Notes: a model not told the origin generated them from the letters alone. A stretch of DNA of 64,000 nt from Octopus bimaculoides (GCF_001194135.2 NC_068981.1:191301871-191365870), one strand, 5' to 3'; counted from the stretch's first letter, positions 13,580 through 28,255 are shown. Program-made: numbers and translations.

Positions 13580-15322
13580 TATGCATGCACACACACGTAA
13601 CATGGGTTCCCATATAGTTTTCTTCTACCAAATTTTATTCCCAAAGCATTGGTCATCCTGAAGATACAGCAGAAGATGCTTGTTCTGGTTATCATACAGA
13701 GATAATTTTCTTTATCTTACTCTCCAACTCATTCTCCTTTGTTTTCCAAATGGCGTATCCATGTATCTACTCTACAGCAAGACACCCATATTTGTCCCCT
13801 CTGTACCTTAAATCTCTCAACTGACACAAACCCATACACCCCTCAAAACCACTCCCTTCTCCTCAGTTGAGAGTTTTTTTGTCTTGCAAGATACTTGGTG
13901 ACCCTGTTGAAGCTGGTGCCACATAAAAAGCATTGGTGCTGGTACCTTGTAAAAAGCACAAGTGCTACATAAAAGGTACTGGTGCAGGTACCACATAAAA
14001 ATCACTGGTGATGTTGCCACATAAAAAGTACTAGTGATGTTACTGCCTTATAAAATCACACAATATACTCTGTAAAGTGGTTGGTGTAAGGAAGGGCATC
14101 CAGCTGTAGTAATCATACCAAAACAGACAATAGAACCAGATGTGGATCCTGGCTTTGCCAGCTCCTGTCAAGCCATGGAAAATGGACATTAAATGAGGAT
14201 GATAGTGATGATGATGAAATTAAACCCAAAACAAACTTCCTAACCAAACAGCCATCATTCAAGCTTGCCATCATAATTCTTTGTACTTTGATGGTCCACA
14301 CAGACACTTCATAGCTACTATTTTTTATCTCTTCCTGATCCAACCAATCACTCCCACCATCTCTTCTAAAATGTTAGTCATATGACTCCTCTACATCAAA
14401 AAATCTGTTTTGCTCTGGCCCCTTCTTTCATTGGTATAATGCTGCCGCCCTCTCTATTGTATCCCTCCTCATTCAAAGAGGATTTTAATCTTGCAAGCAG
14501 TATGCACCCACTACACATTGTACAGTGATTGTCTTTAGGAAGGGCATCCAGTTGTAGAAACCATGCCGAAGCATTGACACTAGGGCACAATGTAGTCCTT
14601 GTGCTTGTTGGATGCTACCAAACCCTTCAACAGAATGCCAGCATGGAACATAGATATTGGATGGTAGTGGTGGTTGTGGTGATGCTGGAGCTGTTGTTGC
14701 TGCTGTTGCTGCATATAAACTTTGTTAGAGTAATCATGGACTCTAACAATCATGCCTCAGCCTTCACTCTCCTCCACATGAATATCAGTAAACCACAAAG
14801 AACATAAAACTGCACAGTATTTTCATTGTTGCAGTTTTCTCAAAGACCACTTCCACAGACTAACAATGCTGCAAATCAAAAATACTAATTATCCCCCAAA
14901 AATTTTTTTAAATTACCAAGAACCATCACAATCCATACCATTACACACACTTTGGGGGATTATAGAGTTAAAACTTCAAGTTTAGTTCATTGTTTAGAAG
15001 TCATAGCTTGTTTCTATTTTATCTGTTTCTGTCCTATTTCAGAAGCTGCACTCAGTTAATTTTAATCAATTCCAGATCAATAAATCTATACAATTTATTG
15101 GTTTGATATTTGCAGTTGCATTCAAATTAAGTTGCTTGGCTTTAAAAATTTAGGACCAAATTGGAAGTGACAGAGCAGAGATAAAATTTGAAAAAAAAAA
15201 AAACTCACATAAATAAAATAAAAATTTACTTTAATTCTTCTGTAGTAGAATGAATTAGAGGAAGGAAAATCTGAACATTCATGCAGTGGTTTTATTTTGA
15301 AAAATCTAAAAAGTATTCAAAC

Positions 15323-15356
<34 letters not shown>

Positions 15357-17643
15357 TTATTGAAGAAATCAGTAAAATTTCTTATAGTTATTGTCTTTCC
15401 TGTTTTAACGACCATTTGAAATGAAATGTCAGTGATAATAGTCGATAATGATGACTTTAATGATTTCTTCATTAAAATTGAAAACAGTTGGTAATTGCAG
15501 TGAGATTTCATAAAATTCAGCTAATTCATAATAACTAAAGAAGAATTAGATCATCATTATTTTTATGTCTGTTTTTCCATGATTGCATGGGTTAGATAAG
15601 TCTTTCTCTAGCAGCTGTTATAACCAATATAATCCCCTTCATGAAGTTCAATCTCCTGTAATCATCCTTTGCCAGTTTTTTTCGGTTACAGGAAATTTCA
15701 CCATAAACACTTATGCCATAAGAAATCTTGCTTTAAATGACCTCATCACATTTTTTTTAATGTTTGATGTTGAATAAAGGCTTGCTTATTTAATGCTTCC
15801 ATGCTGGTGGCATATAAAAATCACCATTCAAGCGTGGTCAATGCCAGTACCACCTGACTGGTCCTGTGCCGGTGGCACATAAAAAGCACCATTTGAGTGT
15901 GGTCGTTGCCAGTGCTGCCTGACTGGCCTTTGTGTTGGTGGCACGTAAAAAGCACCCACTACACTCTCGGAGTGGTTGATATTAGGAAGGGTATCCAGCT
16001 GTAGAAACCTTGCCAGATCGGATTGGAACTTGGTGCAGCCTTCTGGCTTGCCAGCCTTCAGTCAAACCCTCCAACCCATGCCAGCACGGAAAGCAGATGT
16101 TAAAGCGGACGAAAACGATGATGATGATGATAATGATGATGAAAACTCTTTATAATTTCTTTTTTTATATAATATGCTGATGTAATATGCTTCATCAATA
16201 TCCATATAACAAATTTGTCTCAGTGAATTTTCCTATACAGTGAAATTTCTTATAGTAAATTTTCTGGTCACTGTTCTTTCCATGTCTTCCTTGGTCGTCT
16301 TCTTTTGTGAGTTTCTTCTGGCAAGATTGTTTGTCACACATGAATGTAATTTACTTAATACCACATGTGGTGCACAAACCACTATATCACACACTTAATA
16401 CTACCACATGTAGAACTTTTAATCAATACAACTACAAATAGCACACTCAATGAATACCACTGCATGTAATACACTTGCACAATGATGCTACATGTAGCAC
16501 ACTTTTTATTGCTTTGTGCTACACACCTGATCGATACCACTACATGTATCACATTTAATCAATGCTGCTACATGTATCACATTTAATCAATGCTGCTACA
16601 TGTATCACATTTAATCAATGCTGCTACATGTATACTTGATCAATATTGCTACATGTTGCACAATCAATACTGTTGCATGTAACATAATACCGATCATGTT
16701 GCACAATCAATACTGTTACATGTAACACAATACCACTCATGTAACACTAATTTTTGGTTTTTAGTTTGTCTACATGAGGGTACATCTCTCATGTAGCCAT
16801 TGATTACAACAGTTACCCACTGTTAAATTTCTGCTTATTTCCCAACTGAAACCAGTCATTTCTTCTACATTGTCATGTGGTCTCTACAACCAAACAGTGT
16901 TTCTAAAATAAGCAGGGTTGTATCTCTATGAAGACCTTTCAATTCTACATTCATTCACACTTATTCTGTAGCTCTAGACAGATGAAATTCCATGTAAAAG
17001 GGCTGCCAGATTGCAAAATACTGATTCAAAATACCTATGTTTAGGAGCATACGAATTAACAATTCAAATATATAATAGTTTGTTATATCTTCTATATATA
17101 TATAAAAGAGAGATTCTGTCTGTTTGTTTGTTTGTCGAGCAAAATGAAAGTAAATGGTTTAGGGGAAGTTATTATGCTTTTTCTATATATATGAAATCGA
17201 TATTCTGTCTCTTTCTTTCTGCGGCTAAATAAAAGTACCTTTGTAAGAATCCACCAGAAACAGCTTCAGGTTGCTTCATACATTCACTTGCAAGACGGCA
17301 TAAATAATGATGGGTATGGAAGTAATCCTCTGGGGCAGCTGTGCATCCTTCCATTGAGTTTCACAAGTGGACTCCACTTCTCATTTGTAAAATATTTCAG
17401 TGGAGTATTGAAAACTGGTCTTATTTTATGAAATAAGACCAGTCTTCAATGCCTCACTGAAATATTTTACAAAATAGTAAGGGGGTTCACTTGTGAAGCT
17501 CAATGGAAGGATGCACAGTTGCCCCAGATGATTATTTCCGTACCCATCATTATTTATGTTGAATTTCAATTTCATATATATTTAGAAAAACCATTTACTT
17601 TCATTTTGCTGGACAAACAAACAAACAGACAGAATCTCTCTTT

Positions 17644-17674
<31 letters not shown>

Positions 17675-20600
17675 ATATTTATATGTATGTATATGTATAT
17701 ATATTTATGTATTTGTGTGTGTCATTTGACAACCAGTATTAGTTTGTTTACATCTCCATAACTTAGCAGTTCATCAAAAGAGACTGATAGAATAAGTACC
17801 AGAATTATAAAAGGAAAATAAATGCTGGGATCAATTTGTTTGCCTAAAACCTTTCAAGGTGGTACCCCAGCTTGGCCACAGTCCAATGACTGAAACAAGT
17901 AAGAGACGATAAAAAAAGAAGAAAAAGAACCACTATTACTACTAATCTTTCTGTTAATTCTTGGAATTTTATGTTTTCTCCACAAAATATTTCAATAAAT
18001 TGTTTGTTTCTGATAAGTTGATTTCAGCCAATCAGTGACTGCATTTCATGTTCTATTGATTATTGATCCTGTAAAATATTTCTGTTTCTCTATTTCAGGA
18101 TAGAATGATGGTTATTGTGAATATTCTTGATGAAAATGACAACAATCCAGACTTCAACTTTGTCAGTGGGAAAACACTGAATGGAACAGTACCCGAAAAT
18201 TCCTTATCGGGCACTGAAGTCATTCTGGACACTCCTGTAAGGGGCTTGGGTTATATTTTTGTGTCTGTTGATTTTTCTTATGTTTCTATATTTTTGTTAT
18301 GTTTCAAATCAATCAATAGATACAGATGAAGCTGTGTGATAAGAAGCTTGCTTCCCAACCACATGGTTCTGGGTTCACTCCCACTGCATGTGCCTTCTAC
18401 CATAACCTCAGGCCGACCAAAGGCCTTGTGAGTGGATTTGGTAGATGGAAACTGAAAGAAGCCCATCATATGCATTTGTATTTATCCACCACCACCACTT
18501 GACAAGTGGTGTTGGTGTGTTTATGTCCCTGTCACTTAGCAGTTCAGCAAAGAGTGACCAATAGAATAAGTACCAGACTTTATAAAGAAAATAAACTCGG
18601 GCATCAATTCATTCAACTGAAAATTCTTCAAAGTGGTGCCCCAGCATGGCCACTGTCTAATGACTGAAACAAGTAAGAGATAAAAGATAAAAGAAGAGTA
18701 TTGTTGTGGATCATATAATTGATGAAGGTTCATGGCTTAGTGGTTAGGGTGTTGTACTCACAATGGTAAGATCATTGTTTCAGTCCCTAAGAGACCAATA
18801 GAATAAGTACTAGGCTTACAAAGAATAAGTCTTGGGATCAATTTGTTCGACTAAAGGTGGTGCTCCTGCATGGCCACAGTCAAATGACTGAAACAAGTAA
18901 AAGAATATTTTCATAATTGAATATTATTTGGAATTTTTAAAAAATGTTAAAATGTTTTGTGCATTGCAAAAGTATAACCAATTTATTGTACTTAAATTTA
19001 ACAACAAAATTTTATATAGGTTCCCAAGGGTCATATGGACCCATATTTAGACCCAGTGTGTTAGACAATGTGGTCCTTGATATGCAAAAAAAAAAGAAGA
19101 AAAAAAACACAGAAAACAGGAAGGTCATGGTTGGATTATAGGTCTGTTCAATAAGACTGACCTGGGGCTAAACACCAACTGATCAACAAATTGCCATAAC
19201 TCCACCACCGCTACCACTACCACTTATGCAAATCTAGATTGATACATGTAAAACAGCAACAACAACAAAAATGTTTGCTTTTTGTTTAAATATCTGTAGA
19301 TATTATCTGGAGTGATTGCTAGGTTCAAATGGGAAATGAAAGGAAGTAGATATAATATATGTATAAAGTCAATGATTTAGATCACATCCATTTAGAATGT
19401 TCTACATATAAACACATTCTGTTGTGCTGGGATTCACGCACCACTAAGATTCAAACCAATATTGTAAGAAAGATGGGATTAGAAAGTATAATCAAGATAT
19501 CTTTAATTCATGCGCCATCTCTCTTAAACATTTTGTTTCCTTTCCCATTTTTGCAATATACCAATTTTATTTATTTTTTTAAGCAGCTTCAAAAATATGG
19601 GAAAATTGTAGAATATGAAATACGTAATCAGAAATTCATATAATTGTTACAGATTCTTCAATGATTTATTCATGAGAAATTTCTCTATAGTTTTCTGATA
19701 TTTCCATATCTGAATAGAAACACTCTATTTTGAAAATATCCCTCAAACTTGACAATTTTAACTTTATTTCATTTTTAATATAGGATTATTCAGATGACAA
19801 ACATAAAAAAAGAGAATTGTGTATGACTAAATCTGGCTTATCGTTCAATTTTCAGTTATCTTCTGTGGCGAGGGTGGGGGGTTATCTATTGTTGTTGTTT
19901 TCCATTTGGAAACAAATTCTGTTTTAGTTGTGATGTTTTATTTTGGTATTTGTTTTCTCTTTGTCAGGCACATCAACTGGAAGTCCAAGATATTGATGCT
20001 GGAGAAAATGGTACTGTAACTCTAAGTCTCAATGGAGCAACTCAGTTTCGTCTTCGCAAAGTCGAAAACTCTAGCTATGTTGTTTATGTCAAAGCCAATT
20101 GGTCCCTTGACCGTGAATGGCGCAGCAATTACAATGTGAGCATCACTGCTCGTGACGGTGGTGACCCACCAAGGTCATCTGTCATTTATTTATTCATTAA
20201 AGTTTTGGATGTTAATGATCACAGTCCACAATTTCAGTATACTTCATATAATATGACAGCCACTGAAAACTCCCCCCTCGGTAAAGTTATTGGCTATGTT
20301 CATGCTGATGATGAAGACTCCGAAGTCAATGGTGAAATTGAATATTCTATTGTGAGTGGATCAATGGAGATGTTTGAAATCGGTGAGAAAAATGGCAGTA
20401 TATATATCAGCCAACCTAAACTGGATCGAGAGAAGAAAGACATTTATCACATCACTGTGCGTGCACAAGATAAAGGTTTTCCTCGAAAGCAGGCACATAC
20501 AGTTGTGAACGTATATGTTGAAGATGTTAATGATAATGCACCAGAGTTTTCGCAACAGGCCTACACAGTTACTGTTCCTGAAAACACACCAGTTGGAGAC

Positions 20601-23600
20601 ATTATTTTCCAGGTGGATGCACGTGACAGAGATTTAGGAGCTGGCGGTCAGGTCTCTTTCTTTTTGGAGCCTCGTTCCAAATTTTTCTACATAGACAAGA
20701 ACAATGGTAGTATCTACTTGAACAAATCTCTTGACTATGAAACAACAAGGAGACATTTTACTTTCAACATTCTTTCTCATGATCATGGCACCCCAAGCAT
20801 CAGTTCAATTGCTCCAATTGAAATAAAAGTTACTGATGTAAATGATGAAGTTCCAGAATTTTCTCAGCCGTTGTATGTTAGCCAGATCACTAAAACTTCG
20901 CCAATAGGTAAAGCCATTACAGTCGTCCAAGCAAAAGATACAGATTCAGAGATCATTTATTACTTGACACCGTCATCTTCTGAGTTCACCATTGACAAAT
21001 CAGGTGTCATTGTCCAAACTGAGAACATTGATAAAACAATATTCTCACCAGGTATGCTGTATAAGGAATTTAATGTTGTCGCTACAGACTCAATCCACAC
21101 CGCCAATACATCTGTTCAGGTAGGTCATTATTTAACCCTTTTTGTTATCATATCTCCATTGAAATACACTGCCTCTGTTTCAATTAATTTTGGAAATAAT
21201 GAAGAATTTAGTAAAATAACTTTGTCATTATTAAGCTGGTATTTAGAACATAACACAAAATTTTGATAATAAGTTTTAATTTAGACCACCTTAACCATTT
21301 TGTTACCATATTTCTACTGAAATACTCTGCCTTTGTTTCAGTTTTGAAAATAATGAAGAATTTAGTAAAATAACTACCATTGTTAAGTAACAGTTTTGAA
21401 CATAAATTAACACAAAATTTGATGGAATGTTTTAATTTAAATCACTTTAAACTGCAAAGTTTGTATCATGGAACTAAGGGCAGTTCCAGGTTGGTCAGTA
21501 TAAAAAAAGTTCATTCTTTGATACCATACTTTTGTTAAAATACACTGCCTTTATTTCAATTAATTTATTAAAATAACTTAATCATTATTAAGCTGGTGTT
21601 TGAAGCATAAATTACCATAGAATTGCCTAAGGTGTCACTCATTAGGATTGAACCCAGAACCATATGGTTGGGAAGCAAACTTCTCAACTACACAAACCTC
21701 TTAATATTTTTGCGTCTTCTAACTTTTATTTTTTATTCCACAGATTTTTGCCACAGAAGATGAACCAATTGAGTTTAGACACCCAGTCTACAGACTTAAA
21801 ATTCCAGAAGATATTAGGCCAGGTGGCAGAGTTTTCCGATTGAAAATGTCACGTAATCGTAACTCTGGCATCTTGTCTTCCGACCCAAGTTTGGCCAATT
21901 TGACTTATCATATGATGTTTCCTCTCGACTGGTTTACCGTCAATTCAACAACAGTTAGTATTTACCATCATTAATCTTTCGCATATGCGTGTATGTTTGC
22001 ATGTATGTATATGGACTTAACTTTCAAATGTTGGTAAAACATAGTTACTTTACCAGTTGCTGCTACATTAAAACAATGCTACTATGATTATCTAATATTA
22101 ACTCCATTGAGTTTTAAATTCCATCTTTTCATATTGACTGACATGAAGCTATTTCTGCAGTTTCACATTAATCAGATTTTGCAAAGCAAATATAAATAAG
22201 TAAAACTAATAATAATCCTTTCTACTAAAGGCACAAGGCCTGAAATTTGGGAGAGGGTACCAGTCGATTAGATCGACCCCAGTACACAACTGGTACTTAA
22301 TTTGACAATCCTGAAAGGATGAAAGGCAAAGTCAACCCCAGCAGAATTTGAATGCAGAACGTAAAGACAGATGAAACGCCGCTAAACATTTTGCCTGGCG
22401 GGCTAAGGATTCTACCAGCTCCCTGCTTTAGTAACAGTAATAATAATGGCATACCTACACAAGTGTACCCACCACCAACTTTGTTTCCTCATAGACTTTC
22501 AGAAAAGTGAATATTTCTTAAGAAAAGTTACTACAAATGTGCTTCAGCTGATGTAGATCACAGTGACAATTATATTGGAATTTAATGTGGAAAATTTTTT
22601 CCAAGGGTAAGGATGGGGTGTTTCAGAAAATTCACACAAGTTGGCTTTGTTTCCTCATATCTTTCAGAAAAATAGGAATTTTTTTTTTTTTTTTAGGAAA
22701 TTTTCTACAAATACCTTTCAGAGTATTTAGATTATGATTATACAATATGGAAAAAGAAAATTAGTGGACTCATACACATGCATACTAATACACACCATAA
22801 CTTTTTTCAAAATTTCAAGTTTCATTTTATAGATATGTGTAACATATGTCAGTATGTAGGTGTATAAGATCACTAACTTATTTTTTCCATATTTAAAAGC
22901 TATTTGTAGAAAAGTTCATTAAAAAATTACCAATTTTTTTTAGAGTTACAAAGAACAAANNNNNNNNNNNNNNNNNNNNNNNNNNNNNNNNNNNNNNNNN
23001 NNNNNNNNNNNNNNNNNNNNNNNNNNNNNNNNNNNNNNNNNNNNNNNNNNNNNNNNNNNNNNNNNNNNNNNNNNNNNNNNNNNNNNNNNNNNNNNNNNNN
23101 NNNNNNNNNNNNNNNNNNNNNNNNNNNNNNNNNNNNNNNNNNNNNNNNNNNNNNNNNNNNNNNNNNNNNNNNNNNNNNNNNNNNNNNNNNNNNNNNNNNN
23201 NNNNNNNNNNNNNNNNNNNNNNNNNNNNNNNNNNNNNNNNNNNNNNNNNNNNNNNNNNNNNNNNNNNNNNNNNNNNNNNNNNNNNNNNNNNNNNNNNNNN
23301 NNNNNNNNNNNNNNNNNNNNNNNNNNNNNNNNNNNNNNNNNNNNNNNNNNNNNNNNNNNNNNNNNNNNNNNNNNNNNNNNNNNNNNNNNNNNNNNNNNNN
23401 NNNNNNNNNNNNNNNNNNNNNNNNNNGTATGGATTTATATATATATATATATATTATATAAAGCTAGCGAGATGGCAGAACTGTTAGCATGCTAGACAAA
23501 ATGCTTAGCAGTATTTCGCCCGTCACTATGTTCTGAGTTCAAATTCCACCAAGGTTGACTTTACCTTTCATCCTTTTGGGATAGATAAATTAAGAACCAG

Positions 23601-23835
23601 TTGCGTACTGGGGTCGATGTAATAGACTATCCACCTCCCCCAAATTTCAGGCCTTGTTCCTATAATAGAAAGGATTATGCACAGGAGTGGCTGTGTGGTA
23701 AGAAGATTACTTCCCAACCACATGGTTCCAGGTCCAGTCCTACTGCATGGCACCTTGGGCAAGTGTCATCAACTATAGCGTTGGGCTGACAAAAGCCTTC
23801 TGGATTTGGTAGATGGAAGCTGAAAGAATCCTGTC

Positions 23836-23873
<38 letters not shown>

Positions 23874-24826
23874 TTGTATTTTTGTGTCTGCATTTGTCCC
23901 CCACCATCGCTTGACAACTGATGTTGGTGTGTTTACATCCCCATAACTTAGTGGTTCAACAGAAGAAACCAATAGAATAAGTACTAGGCTTACAAAGAAT
24001 AAGTCCTGAGATTGATTTATTCAACTAAAGGCAGTGCTCCAGCATGGCTGCAATCAAATGACTGAAACGAGTAAAAGAATAAAAGAATATATATATATGA
24101 TTATACAAACAGTTTCCTAGCAAGCCATAGGTATGAAAATATCCAATTTTCGATTAGCTTTAAATGCACAAACCACCATCCAGCATTTGTATTAGATATA
24201 TTTCTCTATTCCAAGGATATTGGAGCCTACATATTTTGTTGTTATATATATATGGTTAATCATTTTTGTGCATGTGTGTAATAATAATTTATGATACTTA
24301 ACAATAATTCAGATATGCTAACTAGGTTAATATTTTGACTTTTTCACCATTTTGCTTAGTCTCTCAATATATCTATATTGTGTGTATAAACTGACAAACA
24401 ATATCTTTACACAGACAGATTTTCTTACGTTTTTAATTCTAATTTTCCTTGTGTTTGCTTTGCCAATTATTGCCTTCTACTCTAATACAATAATCAATCT
24501 TTAAATTGTACAGCTACAGTCCTTTATATTCTTAAAGAATGAAAATTCTATTTTCTCCAGAAATTATCTTTGCTATTTTTCTTCAGGCTGTATAAGTTTT
24601 GATTTGATCATTTCTGTAAAAATAATCGGCTACACCTTTATGTTTAGCCCCACTTGTCTGTTGCCTGAAACCATTTCAAGAACTACAGACGTAGATGAGA
24701 TCTTACAGTCGATAGTCTAAACTTAGTTGTGGTATAACTGCAATCTCTCTCTTGCTAGTTTTCCTCTCATTTCTTAAATAACTATTTTGAAATATATTTT
24801 TTTTATGTCGTTGTTGTAGATTTCTC

Positions 24827-24907
<81 letters not shown>

Positions 24908-25345
24908 GGCAGCAAGCTGGCAGAATTGTTACTGCACCAGACAAGATGCTTAGTGGCATTTCTTCCAGTTCTTTATGTTCTGAGTTCAAATTCTACTAAG
25001 GTTAACTTTGCCGTATGCCATGGGTATATGCTGTAGTGCTCTTATTTTCACTGTATTGAAAGTGTTTTACATAGGATATGTGCGGTGCCTAGTCGTGCTA
25101 TTTTCTGTATGTTATATATACTTGTAAGTCCTGGTGATTTTGCTATGTATTTGTCTGAATGTCTATTTACATACTCAAAGCGCTTACTATGATAGGAATT
25201 GTTTCTGTTTTTAGGCTCCACATTTGAATTATCTCTATTTATAAATCTTTGTATTTTGTAAGTTTTTCCGTTTCTTTTAAAGAAACATTGTCATCTGTTG
25301 GTATAGATACATCGATTAGAAATCATTTTTTTTCTTGGTGATCTC

Positions 25346-25431
<86 letters not shown>

Positions 25432-27846
25432 ATTACTACTACTACTACTACTACTAAGGCAGCAAGCTGACTGAATTGTTACCATACTGCACAAAATACA
25501 TTTTACATTCTGAATTAAAATACCACTGATATTGACTGTCTTTCGTTGTTCAGGGTTGATAAAATAACAGTTGAGCAATGGGGTTGATGTAATTGACTTG
25601 ATCCCTCCCTCAAAATATCTGCCCTTGTGCCTATAACAGAAAGGATTATTATCATTATCATGAAATTTACATTATGTATCAATTACATATTTTTTACTAT
25701 TCTATACTGCTTTTTTTCTTTATTGTGGTTGTTGTTGTTTGTTTTTGTTTTCTGGGATGGAACAGAACTGGAGGTCAGAGTGGTCTTAACGGTATTATAA
25801 GCCTCCACCTGAATGGGGGCTTATAATACAAAATCAAAGCATCTTGGTTTATAGGATACCCTCCCAAGCAGCTACCCATTCTCCATGTCTTAAAATGACA
25901 CTAACTGGAGTTATATCCTGAATAAATAAAGTTTTTAATTAATAGCTAAACAATTATTCTGTGCTGATAAAGAGAAATAACCTAGAAATCGCGATACACG
26001 GATATTGTTTTGAGCTGAGTGGGGGTGCTAGATTCCCTTGTTCGAAAATATAAGGACACAGATCATGTCATATAGCCAGCTAGAGATGATGTCTCCTGGG
26101 GCTAAATTACAGCAACATTCGTCCTAAACCAGGACTGCCATGTTATGTTGGCAAACAATCTTTACCCCTAATATATCAATATTGTTTTAATTTGAAAATA
26201 TTCTAATTAGTTTTCATAATCATATAAGTCAAGTGATATATTTTTTAAACAGTTTGGGTGTAAACTATTTCTTGTGTTCATCATCATTTTAAATAATAAT
26301 AATAATGAAATTATTGTATACAGTGCTCAGGTGCACTGCAACTTGTCAAAAGTGTGCATAAAGCATATGCAGAATTGTACAGATGTCTGGAAAGTGAACA
26401 GTGTATGAGTCAGATACATGCTTGTGTGTGTATGGAGGGGAGAAAATCAGGTGTAGTGTTGGCGAATCTCAGGAAGCATGGAAGTTTTGAAGGATGCAGT
26501 GCTCCGACAACTAACAACTGATGCTGGCAGTTTGTTCCATACTTCAGCAACTCTTAGCATGAAAAAGTGTTTCCGAAAGTCATGGGAGCTGTGCTGTTTT
26601 CTGACTTTGTAAACATGTCCACAGGTGTTAGACAGGTGTTAGACAGGTGTTAGACAGGTGTTAGACAGGTGGAGTTTGAAAAGGTGCTCAGAGTTATTGT
26701 TAGTATGATGGTTAATAATTTTATGGGTGTCTGCCAAGTCAGCTGCCAGATGTCGGTATTTCAATGTATCCATACCCAGGGAAGTAAGGCATTCAGAATA
26801 TCATAAATGCCTGATGGAGGGTATTCTCTTGGTTGCACGTTGCTGAATGCTTTCCAGACGATTAATATCCTGGGCAAGATAGAGGTTCCAGACAAGGCTG
26901 GCTCTTTGAAATACATTTTTGCCAGCTGAGTGGACTGGAGCAACATGAAATAAAGTGTCTTGCTCAAGGACACAACACGCCACCAGGTATTGAACTCATG
27001 ACCTTACAATCATGAGCCCAATATCCTAACCATTCAGCTACATGCCTTCACGTGATGTCAAGATAAGGAGACACACACACATGTATACACGAATGGTCGG
27101 CTTCTTTCAATTTCCATCTACCAAATCTGCTCACATGATTTTGGCTCATCTAAAGCTGTAGAAAAGACTTGCCAAAGATACCATGCAGTGGGACTGAACC
27201 TGAAACCATGTGGTTGGAAAGCAAGCTTCTTAGCCACCCCTTTGTTTTGTTTTGTTTGTTTGTTTGTTTGTTTTTGTTTTTTTTTCTTAATTATTTATTT
27301 ATTTATTTGGACTTTTTAGTGGTGGAAATAGCGTTTGCAAAGATATCTAATTTATTTTTCAAGATCATGACAATCCCAACATCCATCTGTTCATTTTGAC
27401 TAATTCAAATAAAGGTTGTCAGAGTAAAAAAAAAAACCAAAATCTTTTAGATGTAATTTAATAAATAAACAAAAATATTTTAATTGATCAAGCCACCTGC
27501 TGTTTAAAGTAATCAGAGTAAATTATATATTTTTTAATTAAACATCTCTAAGCATCGACACCATTATCATTAACATATTTCCATGTTGTAATTGTTGTTC
27601 TTCACAAAAGATTTCAGGAGTTCTTTTGTCACTAAACAGTTCTGGAAAGTAAAACAATTGCATCATGGCAACATCATGTATCAGCTTGGCAACATTGTTG
27701 TGAAAGACACAGTTGGATTTCTTAAGTAATTTTTATATTGTCATCACTACTACTATTACTACTACTACTACTACTACTACTACGACTACTACTACTACTA
27801 TTACTACTACTACTACTACTACTACTACGACTACTACTACTACTAT

Positions 27847-27904
<58 letters not shown>

Positions 27905-28064
27905 GCCAGCAGCATCATCAACACCATCATTGTTTTGTTTGGCAGACAATACAATTTAAAAATTGTTCATTACCAAGTTTTTATCTTTGAGCTATCTCAT
28001 CATCATCATCATCATCGTCGTCGTTTAACGTCCGCTTTCCATGCTAGCATGGGTTGGACACACA

Positions 28065-28097
<33 letters not shown>

Positions 28098-28222
28098 CAT
28101 CATCATCATCGTTTAACGTCCGTTTTCCATGCTGGCATGGGTTGGACGATTTGACTGGGGACTGNNNNNNNNNNGTCGTCGTTTAACGTCCGCTTTCCAT
28201 GCTAGCATGGGTTGGACACACA

Positions 28223-28255
<33 letters not shown>

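Noticed and set aside
13915-14070. CRISPR-like look of repeated CCACATAAAAAG motifs, and of the 16.4-16.7 kb array
   Set aside because: Tandem degenerate units without unique spacers, eukaryotic intron context, no cas genes
27713-28186. Poly-T/S/V/L ORFs, and poly-N/L/CV ORFs elsewhere
   Set aside because: Translations of microsatellites with no splice or homology support
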